A stretch of 64,000 nt of DNA. It comes from an uncultured virus (IMG/VR IMGVR_UViG_2061766007_000472) (Duplodnaviria > Heunggongvirae > Uroviricota > Caudoviricetes). Positions 10,310-21,458 of this stretch are shown here, piece after piece. The first letter of the stretch is position 1. The number at the start of each line of letters is the position of its first letter. The position numbers were made by a program, and so were the translations under genes. The notes beneath the pieces are model-generated. The model did no database searches. It was not told the origin of the DNA and saw only the letters and a list, made by a program, of their open reading frames with translations. The stretch lies in IMG/VR virus record IMGVR_UViG_2061766007_000472; one strand, written 5' to 3'.

Positions 10310-13300
10310 ATGAACTTCCATAAGATAATAGTATCATCGGACTTGCACTACGGACTTGGGAAAAACTCCAAGAAAAAACTTTCAATACTCAAGGACTGCG
10401 TAGAACCAGCAATATTAAGCGAACTCAGGGACAACCAAGGAGGGAAGAACCTGTTCGTGATATGCGGAGACCTGTTCCACGAAATGGTTTCAGTAAGAAC
10501 AGACATTTACAAAGAAGCAAGGACATTCGTAGAAAACTGCGCAAAGATATCAAAGGTTATAATTCTCGCTGGAAACCACGACTGTTTCGAAGACACCACT
10601 GACATAACGTCGATAGAGCTTTTTGACCAACTTGAAAACGTTGAGGTCATAAGGTTTCCAGAGGAGAGAACATACAACGGTAATAAGTTCCTATTTCTCC
10701 CGTGGTCTGACAACAACGAATGGTCTTTCNNNNNNNNNNNNNNNNNNNNNNNNNNNNNNNNNNNNNNNNNNNNNNNNNNNNNNNNNNNNNNNNNNNNNNN
10801 NNNAAAATGAGTTCCACCGAAAAGAATGCCAGAATTATAAACAGCGAAAAGCTCCTAGACTCGGGTCTTGAAAAAATAGACTTTTCAGACGGAAGCGAGA
10901 ACAACAAATCTGTGGCGAACTTGGATTCCGTCAGAAAATTAATAAACATAGTCAAATACGGTGGAGCCATTTTCGCTGGACACATACACAGGCACAGCGA
11001 ATCTGTCATAATGGGCAGAAGATTCTGCTTCATAGGTTCGCCGTACCAGACGACGTCGGAGGAGATTAACAGCAGGAGCGGATACTACAAGATTCAAGAA
11101 AACGGAACATTCGACTTCATAGACATAAAAACACCAGAATACATAAAGATAAAATTCAGTGACATAAAGAAATATGGAATAGAACGCTATGACTTTTCAA
11201 AAGTCACAGGAAATATCGTGCAGTTCGACGGAGATGACATAATATCTGTAGAGCTTGAATCTATGTTAAAGAGGTCCGTCATAGACGCGAGGCCATTCGA
11301 AATNNNNNNNNNNNNNNNCCTAGTAGTCGAACAAAATTCGGTAAAGAACTCCGAAAAATACCAGAAGGCGTTTTCATCTTCCCCAAAAAAATGCGTCGAC
11401 ATGTTCATAAAGAACATGAAAGAAGACGTGTTCACTGGTGAAAACGTCTCAAAAAAGAAAATTCTCGAGACGTTCGACGCGTTGTATGACCTAATAGACA
11501 GGAGAAACGGCTCCGTCCCGTCAGATGGAGGTGCCAACATAAAATACAAGAAGATGGTGGCAAGAAACTTCCTGTCCTACGACCTCCTTGAATTCGATTT
11601 CCAGAAATACGGAGGGCTAACTCTGATTTACGGAAACAACCTTGACAATCCAGGTGCTACAAACGCGTGTGGAAANNNNNNNNNNTTTATTCCCTTTTCG
11701 GAAGATTCCCGAAAAAGGTGAAGAAGGAGAATATGAGCCAATGGGACAATCCATCAAAGGACGTTGACGTCACCATTTTCCTGGAGTCGAACGGAACAAA
11801 CTATAGGATAGAATCTGGAATCGCAAAGAAGGCGAAAGAAGCATACCACAGGGTATTCAACGAGGACACGAAAGAGGAACTGACAAAGAAACAACTCGCG
11901 GAGACGAGGAAATTCATAGAAAACGAAATCCTCCACTGCAGTTTCGACATGTTCATGAAGACGACAGTTCTAACTTCGTCCGAGATATTCAACTTCTACT
12001 GCATGAAAAAGGACGAAAAGGACGACTACCTGAATACGATATTCGGGACGAAGACACTAAACGAGGTTAGAGAGCAGATAAAGGCGTATCTCAAGGACAA
12101 CAGGGCTGTCTACATGGAGAACAGCAGGCTCATAGAAAGCAAGGAACACGATATAGAGCTGAACAAAGAGGCGAGCGAAAGATTCGAATCCAACAGAAAG
12201 AAGAACATTTCCGACATTGAGTCCGAGATACGTTCTATTGAAGACGAAATCTCGGAACTCAGGAAATCAGAGACCTCAGAAAAGACGGAAGAGACGTTAA
12301 GGCTTGAGAAAGAGTCTGACAATCTTAATTCAAGGATAAACGAGATAAACTCAAAACTTAAGAAAACACGCTCGGATATTACAAAACTTTCGGCGGAAAC
12401 TCAGAAAGACTCATCAACGATAAAAATCTTAACTTCTGAACTTGAGAAACACAGAGACGTTCTCCCAAAACTCTGCGACGACTGCAAGAAGATTGTAGCA
12501 AAAGGATACAACCTTTCTAATTACGCAAGGAAGATTAAGTCGTCAAAGGAGAATTCCGAAAAAAACAATGAATTCATAAGAAAACTGTCTACTATGTCGG
12601 AAGAACTTGAGAAAGAGTTGGACCCTCTCGTCAGGCAGTCGATGAAACTAGATGTTGAAATCAGGGAATCCAAGTCGAATTCTGGAAAAATCTCTAGACT
12701 TGAGTCGTCGATACGCTCAAAAAAGTCCACTATTGAATACATCCTGAATCAGGAGAATCCGAACGACAAGATAATAGAGTCCCTTGAATCCGACAAAAAG
12801 GAACTTGACAGGATAACGAATGAAATACTGGCAAAAATAAGGTGTTTGGATTTCATACAGCTAAAGGTAGTGTCGCAGGACGTCATAACCAACCTTCTGA
12901 CATCCAATTTCATAAAACAGCTGAATGAACGGATAAGATACTATCTTCAGCGCCTTGGACTGAACCTCGGGGTCGAATTCGACAACGACTTCCACTACGA
13001 ATTCATACGTGGCAACGGAGCCAGACCAGAGTTCAACTGCCTTAGCGGAGGGGAAAGCCTGAGGATAGTAATAGCAACAAGCTTCGCGTTCAAGGACTTC
13101 CTCGAAAGCAGGAGGAACATATCGTCCAACATACGATTCCTAGACGAATTCTTCGAAAAAGACACAGATAACCTTGGAATGAACAGCACAATTTCAATTC
13201 TTAAGGATTTCTCCAGGATTATGAACCAAAACGTATTTCTGATTTCCAATAAATTGAAAGAAATAGACGGAAACGAGTTCGACAATACTCTCGTTGTGAA

Positions 13301-13358
13301 CATAGAAAATTCAAGGAGCTTCGTGGTTGAAGACAACGTTTCTAACAACAGGTCCTGA
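10310..13358 (+). CDS. fused Mre11/SbcD nuclease and Rad50/SbcC ATPase (T4 gp47+gp46-like)
   Basis: SDLHYG, CGDLFH, AGNHD, AGHIH phosphoesterase motifs, then without a stop NFLSY...GNNLDNPGATNACGK (Walker A), coiled coil with CDDC hook, LSGGE signature and FLDE Walker B. Frame changes coincide with N gaps. Confidence 0.85.
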
Positions 13359-13417
13359 AATAAGTATAATATTCAGTGTGGAAATCAGTCAAAAATTTTT
13401 TCAGAAGGGTTTTCGGA

Positions 13418-14061
13418 ATGCAGATTATACCTACAGCGCCTAACCTGAACTCTAGAATGAGGAAGTTCAGGTTCATAGTAGTCAACAACGGACCAGACGG
13501 GCAGATGAGCATGAGGGAGCAGCCCCAGATAGGAATAGCCCCAAACCCACAGTATCTTGTCCAGCTGTATGCGGCAAGCGGAGACAAAATCAGGATTCTC
13601 GAGGAGTTGCCTCCAGACGGAGAGACCAGCAACTACGGAAAAATGGACGTCTCAAAGATGGTGGGCGCGGAACAGGCGTCTGGATGGGCAGCAAAAGGAN
13701 NNNNNNNNNNNNNNNNNNNNNNNNNNNNNNNNNNNNNNAGATTAAGGCCCTTGAGGCAATGCATGGAGGAAATCAACACCCTCCAATACAGCAAAATCAG
13801 AACCAACCTCAGCAAAACATCAATCAGACACCAAATACCAATCAACAGAACAGCCAGCCGACTTACTTCAAGATTGGTAGCATCGAATGCAAAATGGAAA
13901 ACGGGAAGGTTTACCAGAAGCAGTGGATGAGGGTTAGTGAGACCGAGCTTGCCAACTACAGGCTTATCTCCGACAAGAACAACAAGATTCTTCCAATGAC
14001 TGGAAAGCACCTCGAGGTACTCAAGTGGGCGATTTCCGAAGACGACCCAACTGGAAACTGA
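13418..14061 (+). CDS. hypothetical protein with Q/N-rich linker
   Basis: Open frames on either side of an N gap, downstream of GTATAATAT at 13364. Confidence 0.5.
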
Positions 14062-14065
14062 AAAC

Positions 14066-14806
14066 ATGACATTTCACTTTACGATAGTTTCAAAGGACGA
14101 CGAGTTCTGCCTTCCGAAGGAATCCATAAACGGGTTCCTTCAAAAACATCCAGGTTCGTCCATAACGAAGTACGCCAACAACAAAGAGAAGATTACCATA
14201 TTGTACAACAAGGAAATCGAGAGTTCCATCAAGTCTGGATATGATTTTTCCGTAATGATGCACGCGGACGTGAACGTGGACCTCGACAGCATGGTTTCAC
14301 ATATAGAAAAGTGTTCTGGCAAGTACGACGTAATGGGATTGTGCGGGTGCGAGAAAATCTCCGTGTCGGAATCACCCCTGAACTGGTTCTGCGGTTCAAG
14401 TAAGTTCCCGCACGGAAGATGGGGATGCGTAACACACGGAGAACTGAACAACTCAACGTCCTTTTTCAATTTTGACAGAAAGAATGTAACGGACCACCAG
14501 GTATCTTGCATAGACGGATTATGCATAATACTGTCGAAAAAATCAATGGAGTCTGGATTAAGGTTCGACGAAAACCTTAGTTTCAACTGCTACGACACCC
14601 AGATTTCATTTGACTCAATCATCAACTTTAAATTAAGATTGGGCGTAATAGTCGAACCAAGCCTTATACACTTTTCCGTGGGGAGGTCCATTTTGCAGGA
14701 TTCATTCCTGGACGAGGAAATTATCCTCAGGAAAAGGTTTGGATTTGATGTTCCAAAAGGTTCAAGGCTTGAATCCAGAATACTCAACGGGGAAATTTCC
14801 GTATAA
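14066..14806 (+). CDS. GT-A fold glycosyltransferase-like protein
   Basis: YNKEI...MHADV...IDGLCIIL...RFDENLSFNCYDTQIS resembles the Glyco_tranf_2_5 family. Confidence 0.6.
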   Translation: MTFHFTIVSKDDEFCLPKESINGFLQKHPGSSITKYANNKEKITILYNKEIESSIKSGYDFSVMMHADVNVDLDSMVSHIEKCSGKYDVMGLCGCEKISVSESPLNWFCGSSKFPHGRWGCVTHGELNNSTSFFNFDRKNVTDHQVSCIDGLCIILSKKSMESGLRFDENLSFNCYDTQISFDSIINFKLRLGVIVEPSLIHFSVGRSILQDSFLDEEIILRKRFGFDVPKGSRLESRILNGEISV

Positions 14807-14818
14807 TAAGAGACTGTC

Positions 14819-15613
14819 ATGGCCAAAGAAAACATACAAATAAGGGATTTTGAGCTACTGTACGACATAATCAAGTCGCTGACAAAGGTAGCAGACGGAC
14901 TAAAGATGTCCTTGGACTGCAACGGACTTGTCGTATATACAAAAAACGATTACTCAAAATGCAATCTTACGTCGAACGCAGCGTACTCGACCAATCCTAT
15001 AGAATTCTGCATAGGGGAATTGTCAATGTTCCTCAAGATACTCACGACTGTAAAGGACATGTACAAGGACGACTACAGTTCAGTATCCATGTCGTACGAC
15101 AAGCCGTTTCTGAAGATAGAATCTGGAAAGTTCAGAACCAAGATTACAACGTGCGACGAGCAGCGTGTCCAGAAATTCATAGCATCGAAGATAAAGACAG
15201 AGCTTACGCCAATGCTGGAATTCACCACAAGCTCGGCGTTAATCAAGACGATAAACAGCCACTCGTTCATATTCCAGAACGCGTCTGAAGCACGACTCTA
15301 CATAACAACGGAAAGCGGGATGCAGAACAACACCATATTCGCCACAATCGGAGACGAGGGAAACGACCTGGCGAATTCCGTTACCCTAGAACTAGGGCTC
15401 GTGAACAGCGGAACGCTTGTCCGTCAAGACGGAACCCAAGCCAAGATAATACTCGATTTCAACAGACTGAACGTATTGAACATGGTTCCTTCCGACGAAA
15501 TAAAAGTCATGGTCGCAAAAGAAAGGCCAGTCCTCGTATCGGACGTTACCAAAAACGGGAAAAACGAATCGTTCTTCAATATTAGGATATGTTCGTTCAT
15601 GATGGTGAAGTGA
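14819..15613 (+). CDS. putative sliding clamp (PCNA/gp45-like)
   Basis: 264 aa; N-terminus FELLYDIIKSLTKVADGLKMSLDCNGLVVY resembles PCNA-type clamps; replication gene context. Confidence 0.45.
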   Translation: MAKENIQIRDFELLYDIIKSLTKVADGLKMSLDCNGLVVYTKNDYSKCNLTSNAAYSTNPIEFCIGELSMFLKILTTVKDMYKDDYSSVSMSYDKPFLKIESGKFRTKITTCDEQRVQKFIASKIKTELTPMLEFTTSSALIKTINSHSFIFQNASEARLYITTESGMQNNTIFATIGDEGNDLANSVTLELGLVNSGTLVRQDGTQAKIILDFNRLNVLNMVPSDEIKVMVAKERPVLVSDVTKNGKNESFFNIRICSFMMVK

Positions 15614-16113
15614 TGGACGCGGAAGAACTGATATCACTGCTTGCGAAATCCAAGAACAGGTTTCTGGTCGGAATGTCCTCCCAGCTCAGGGGGAACGTTG
15701 ATATGGACCAAAACGTATCGAAAAGCGTACTTGGATTAGGCGAGGACATACCAATCAAGGCAAAACTCGAGAGACTCCTGTCGTCTTCAATAGTGAACAT
15801 GAAGCACGACGGGGTTCCATACCTACTTTCTTCCAACGTTCTTCTAATGCACCATCTCGAGAAAAGGAGAAATCCAAAAAACAGGAATTCGGTGGTGAGT
15901 GCAATAGGACGTTCTTCTAAATTCAATTCCATCCTAAGAAGCAGGAACCAGAACATAGTCAGGACGTGGGATTTGGTCCTTAACGATAAACACACAATAA
16001 AGCTCGACTCAAAGTGGAGCATACTCGGTTGGATACTCGTGTCTTCAGACAATTTCGAGCTGCTCGGAGACAGCATAAACTACATAATTTCAAAGGGGAA
16101 TCTCGTAAAATGA
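15613..16113 (+). CDS. hypothetical protein
   Basis: ORF coupled to the upstream stop (TGATG). Confidence 0.5.
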   Translation: MDAEELISLLAKSKNRFLVGMSSQLRGNVDMDQNVSKSVLGLGEDIPIKAKLERLLSSSIVNMKHDGVPYLLSSNVLLMHHLEKRRNPKNRNSVVSAIGRSSKFNSILRSRNQNIVRTWDLVLNDKHTIKLDSKWSILGWILVSSDNFELLGDSINYIISKGNLVK

Positions 16114-16313
16114 GCGGCCTAGAGATGCGTTCAGTTTCTTACAGAGCGCCGTTTAAGGTCGTCAAGACTAATGACGGTCGTGGTTTTTACAACATAGTCG
16201 ACCGAAATGGTCTTGGCGTTGCGAGTTTCGGGATAGACAAGACCGCAGCAGAGGTTTTCTGCGAATCAGCAAACGTTTTTTCAAAAAGGGTTCTCGATGA
16301 ACATAGAGCTTAG
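16110..16313 (+). CDS. small hypothetical protein
   Basis: ATGA overlap with the upstream gene. Confidence 0.4.
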   Translation: MSGLEMRSVSYRAPFKVVKTNDGRGFYNIVDRNGLGVASFGIDKTAAEVFCESANVFSKRVLDEHRA

Positions 16314-17280
16314 AGACTGGATAAACCAGGAAATCCTGCCATACCTTCCTACCGACAGGGTCAGGCAGGGTGACAAAATCATGTTCAGGTGCCCAATATG
16401 CGGAGATTCCAGAAAAAACTCGACAAAGAAAAGGGGATACTACTATCTTAGAACGGCAAGTTACCACTGCTTCAACTGCGATGCGAATCTAACTGGAATG
16501 AAATTTCTACAGGTCATGTCTGGAGAGGATTACGACGACATAAAGGGAAAATTCTTCAAGACCATGTTCGACGGAAGGCATTTCAATTCGCTTTCGTCTC
16601 ATTCGTACACCGAATATAAAGAAAAAGACGACAGCATACTTAGATTCAAAAGCTCGTNNNNNNNNNNNNNNNNNNNNNNNNNNNNNNAGCTGTCTGACAG
16701 GGCCAGGAACTATCTGTCTGACAGGTTTGTTCTGTCGGCACCATTTCTGAAAGAACGGTTTTTCTCGTATTATCCAAGGAACGGTGGAGAATATATCCTG
16801 ATACCGTGGAGAATAAACGGAGTCGACGCGTATTTCCAGCTGAATGACTTCCTCAAAATAAGGGAAGGCGGAATGAAATACGTTTTTCCAAAAAACATCG
16901 ACAAACTGGTCTACGGACTGGACAATGTAGACATGTCTTTTCCGTATTTGCTGTGTTTCGAGGGAGTATACGACAGCCTTTTCGTCCCGAACGGAATAGC
17001 AATAGGCGGAAAAAACCTTACAGAGCTTCAGGGGAAAATTCTCCGAAAAAGGTTTCCAAACCACAGGGTCGTGTTTGCGTTGGACAATGACAAACCTGGC
17101 CTCATCGCGACGTCAAGAACACTTTCCAGGAATTCAGAATCAAGNNNNNNNNNNNNNNNNNNNNNNNNNNNNNNNNNNNNNNNNNNNNNNNNNNNNNNNN
17201 NNNNNNNNNNNNNNNNNNNNNNNNNNNNNNNNNNNNNNNNNNNNNNAGATGTGGCTTGCTAGAAACGGGTATTTGACGGA
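16297..17280 (+). CDS. DNA primase (T4 gp61-like); 3' end approximate
   Basis: RCPICGDS...KRG...HCFNC zinc finger; FEGVYDSLF and LDNDKPG Toprim motifs. Confidence 0.9.
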
Positions 17281-17282
17281 AA

Positions 17283-17732
17283 ATGGTGAGAATAAACAAA
17301 ACTGGAAGAAGGGGAAAATACAACAACGCCCACACTGGGACTTTCACCCCAGTAAATCCCCAGAAGTTCAAGGGGAAATACAGACCTGTATATAAATCCG
17401 CCCTTGAACTTANNNNNNNNNNNNNNNNNNNNNNNNNNNNNNNNNNNNNNNNNNNNNNNNNNNNNNNNNNNNNNNNNNNNNNNNNNNNCTGGACAAGTCG
17501 GAAAAACCAGAGAAGATAAGGAACTATCACATAGACTTCGTGATTTACGCTAAAGTAGGGGATTGCATAAAGAAGATGTGGGTGGAGATTAAGCAGTCTT
17601 CCGAAACTAGAAAGCCAGTCAATGAAAGCGACGTAATGGGGTGGAAAACCTGGATTNNNNNNNNNNNNNNNNNNNNNNNNNNNNNNNNNNNNNNNNNNNN
17701 NNNNNNNNNNNNCCGAAGAACAGCTCGACTGA
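17283..17732 (+). CDS. head completion nuclease (T4 gp4-like, TnsA-type)
   Basis: GTFTPVNPQKFKG..YKSALE, YHIDF, VEIK, C-terminal EEQLD. Confidence 0.75.
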
Positions 17733-17749
17733 GGGGTAAATATTTCAGT

Positions 17750-18808
17750 ATGGAAATCCACAGTTATAATCAGGAGCTTGCCATAGCGAGCACTTAGTTC
17801 AAGCGTTTCTTCAACAACATCTCTATAATGAGGGATGGCAAGGAAACCAAGTTCGGATGCGTCATAGGAAACAGGTCAAGGGTATTCAAAAATCTGGAAA
17901 ACCCAAACAAAAACGGCGAGTACAATCTTCCGATGATTATAATACAGAGGACTGGTATAACCAAAAACAACGACAGGCTCACAAACATAAACAACGAAGT
18001 CAAATATGCAACTCATTCTGGACGCCTGAATTACAACCTGTACACTCCAGTTCCAATAGACATATCTTTTTAGGTCACGATAGTGTCAAAAAGACAGGGA
18101 GATATAGACAAGGCGCTGTCGAATTTCATACCGTTCTTCAATAAAGACGCGTTCGTGAGATACCAGCACCCAAAGTTCGAAAAACTTTTCATGAAGTGTC
18201 AGGTGATAATGGACGATACGATAACCGAAGAGCATCCAGAGCAACTTGACGCCTTGGATTACGATGTCGTGACCTGTACATGTAACTTTGTGTTCAAGAC
18301 TTGGATTTTCTGCGGCAACGACAAATCGGCTGGAAAGAACGGAGAAAGGATACACCACATAATATCCACATACGTCGACCCAGACGGAGACGGAATATCT
18401 GATGTCATTTCTGTCATAACAGATACGGAATACGACGGATTCCTACCTACTATAAGGCAGATAAACGTCGGATTCTATCCAGTTCCAATCATTTCAGATT
18501 ACCTGCAGCACATGGAGTGGGTAGATTCCCTCTGGCCAGCTGGATACGACGACCACCCATTCGTTGACAGGCTTATATGGAAAATAGACGAAAGCGGTGA
18601 AATTACAGGACAGGTCGGAAACTCATACCACTATCCTCATTATTCATCCGAATATCTGTCTGGATATTACGATGAAAGAAGAGTGTCTTGTGACGGGTTC
18701 ATAAACGGACAGTTATCAACCTACAACTATCTTTCTGGCCCAGACGACGACCATAAGCCATACGGTCTTCCAATAATGTCGGACGACATGAACATCGACC
18801 GTGTATAA
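17750..18808 (+). CDS. tail terminator/sheath stabilizer (T4 gp15-like), 352 aa with TAGs at 17795 and 18071
   Basis: MEIHSYNQELAIAST*FKRFFNNISI...LPMIII...PVPIDISF*VTIVSK...FIPFFN; three track ORFs in one frame; GTAAATA at 17736-17742. Confidence 0.7.
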
Positions 18809-18815
18809 TAATTCC

Positions 18816-19568
18816 ATGGGTTGTAGAAACAGCATAACACACACGGTAATATCCCCACTTACTGACAAGAACTCCGAATTCTACGTTCCGCCAGATAAGT
18901 ATGGCGTTTTCGTCAGAAGATATTTGGTAAGGACCAAAAGGAACAATCCGCTATACAAGAAAGCCCAGTTCATATTTGTGTATAAACTCAGCGAATCGAA
19001 GAACACATACAGGCTTCTTGGAACCAACAGAAGGACGAGAAAATACGCCATTGCAGTCCTCACGGACGATAACAGGTATTTTTTCAACGAATATACTACA
19101 AAGCAGACGGTTCTGTCCGAGTTGATAGCAACGAACATGTCGAAGATTTTCCTCGACGGATACATCATCGACAATACGACCATTATCCAACTTGACAAAA
19201 GGATAAGCGTCAACAACGAACCAATTTCAATTTTTCTGTCAATTGTCGCGAGAAGCGTCGGAATATCGATAAGGAGAAGGGACATACTTGACGTGATGCA
19301 GACCCTTAACAGGATATTCGGAAAAACCGTGAACGTCAAGAATGGGGACAGAATGACATTTTACCACAAAAAATACCTTGCCAAGACTTTGGTGGAAAGC
19401 GGACAGTTGGATTTTATACCGAAAGAGCAGCTTGACGTGATAATTGACAAAAAAGAAAACAGCAGTAAAAGAAATATGTACTTCTACGCCGCGATAGGAA
19501 TTCTTTACATGTACAGGTCGAAGCTCAAAAGCGACGGCAATACAAGGAGAATGCAGTCACGTGTATAA
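18816..19568 (+). CDS. hypothetical protein
   Basis: Long basic ORF downstream of a GTATAATA motif. Confidence 0.5.
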   Translation: MGCRNSITHTVISPLTDKNSEFYVPPDKYGVFVRRYLVRTKRNNPLYKKAQFIFVYKLSESKNTYRLLGTNRRTRKYAIAVLTDDNRYFFNEYTTKQTVLSELIATNMSKIFLDGYIIDNTTIIQLDKRISVNNEPISIFLSIVARSVGISIRRRDILDVMQTLNRIFGKTVNVKNGDRMTFYHKKYLAKTLVESGQLDFIPKEQLDVIIDKKENSSKRNMYFYAAIGILYMYRSKLKSDGNTRRMQSRV

Positions 19569-19590
19569 TATTCAAACGAAGGAATGAACA

Positions 19591-20736
19591 ATGAAACTAG
19601 GCGACGCACTCAAGAATATAAGGAAAAGCACAGGGGCCAAGGCGCTCACGACATCGAAACCAACTGGCTACCTGAACACTGGTTCATACGCTCTTAACAG
19701 AGTTCTCACTGGAGACATCCACAAAGGATTCCCAGTAGGCAGAATCTCGACTCTGTTCGGACTTTCCCAATCTGGAAAATCCCTGATAGCGGCAAATACA
19801 GCCGTTAATGCCATTAAGGAAAATGCAGTAGACAAGGTAATAATATTCGACTCGGAAGGGGGATTCCCAGTCGACATATTCACCGACGCTGGAATAGAGC
19901 TAGGTGACGACGACAGCGCAGAATGCCCAGTCCAATACATAAGGGTGCATTCAGTCGNNNNNNNNNNNNNNNNNNNNNNNNNNNCGACATGCTGGTAAAG
20001 GCGCACGAGGAATGGGAGAAGGACCCAGACAACAACGACCACATAAGGGTTCTGTGCATATTGGACTCATTCGGTTTTCTCGGCTCGGACAAGCTAGTAG
20101 CCGACGCAGTCGACAAGAGCAAGATGGCAAACGACATGGGAATAACGGCAAAGCTGAAGAACAACATGCTTCGAGGGCTGGTGATGCGCGTATGCGAAAG
20201 CGACTGCACTCTTCTCGTCATAAACCACGAGTACCAGGACCCAGGTGCGATGTTTGCCAGCAAGATTCACCAGATGGGAGGAGGAAAGCTCATAGAGTAT
20301 TCCTCACACGTAGTTCTCCAGTGTGAAAAGGTGTTCGTCAAGGCAGACGACAACGATTATCTTACTGGTCTCGAGAAAGAAGACGGAAACGTAGGTTTCT
20401 ACAAAGGTAATAGGCTGAAGTTCTTCACTACAAAGAACAGGATTTCCAAGCCAATGTACGGAGCTGAANNNNNNNNNNNNNNNNNNNNNNNNNNNNTCCA
20501 AGTACGACGGGCTTATAGAGGAAGCGGTCAAGATGGGATTCCTTCAGGACACGAGGGGTGGATACATATGTCCATCGTATTCAGATAAGAGGGTCACTTA
20601 CAAGGACTTGATAACAAAAGACGAAATCTGGAACACCTTCATAGAAGATTTCAACAGAAAGAGCATAGACGCGATGAAATACTCGAACAATACGTCTAAT
20701 CAGCTCGACGAATTAGACAAGATGGAAGTGGAATGA
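19591..20736 (+). CDS. uvsX: UvsX/RecA recombinase
   Basis: NTGSYALN, GLSQSGKS Walker A, FDSEG, ILDS Walker B, VINH, MGGG; broken only at N gaps. Confidence 0.9.
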
Positions 20737-21413
20737 CGAATATGGCAAGAGGAAGAAAAACAAACAAGATAGTCCCTTTCACGAAGACAGTCCCTACGGA
20801 AGGTCTTGACAAAGTTCCAGAAACGGCTGGACTAGACGACTACGACAAGATGATTGCAAAGCTCGCAAACTCAAGCGACGACATAATCGACGGAGCATTA
20901 GACAAACTGGAAGGTCGTAAGCAAATCCAACTGAAAAGCCCAATTCAGACAAACCTCCAGGAAAAGCCAGTCGCGTCCAACGTTGACGAAAAATTCGAAG
21001 AAACGAATGTTCAAAACAATCTTGACGCGGCGAACGAGCGCATAAACTGCCTTAATTTACTGGTAGAAAAATTACAGTCTGAGAACCAAGAACTGAAAAA
21101 AGCATCCCATCCAAGCGTCCAAATAGAATCAAAAACATCAATCTTCAAGGACGAGATTGAAAAACTTACGACAAAGAACGACGACTTGATTCTCAGAAAC
21201 AGCGAACTCGAGTTTGAGATTTCAAGGCTTGGTTCTGAAAACCAAAGACTGAAACAGCAGCTTGAAAATATAATGAATTCAAGGAACCTTCCTCCTCAGA
21301 CATATACAGCGGATGGTTACACAAGACCCCCATACTCCAGTCGAGGAATAAACAATCCAAGAATAGGGAAATCTCCAGTAATGGGAATGAACGGATATGA
21401 ATCGTGGAACTGA
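20733..21413 (+). CDS. coiled-coil hypothetical protein
   Basis: 226-aa ORF with heptad-rich centre. Confidence 0.5.
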   Translation: MTNMARGRKTNKIVPFTKTVPTEGLDKVPETAGLDDYDKMIAKLANSSDDIIDGALDKLEGRKQIQLKSPIQTNLQEKPVASNVDEKFEETNVQNNLDAANERINCLNLLVEKLQSENQELKKASHPSVQIESKTSIFKDEIEKLTTKNDDLILRNSELEFEISRLGSENQRLKQQLENIMNSRNLPPQTYTADGYTRPPYSSRGINNPRIGKSPVMGMNGYESWN

Positions 21414-21458
21414 CGGTTGTATAATATTCGCCATGTATAGAACCTGGAGCAGATAGAC

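Noticed and set aside
10720..11721. Programmed frameshifts in Mre11-Rad50, uvsX, dnaK, pncB and pncA
   Set aside because: Every apparent frame change coincides with an N run of estimated length.
17750..18808. TAG-split genes as pseudogenes
   Set aside because: Interruptions are systematically TAG, keep frame and align with Gln in internal repeats; recoding explains them.
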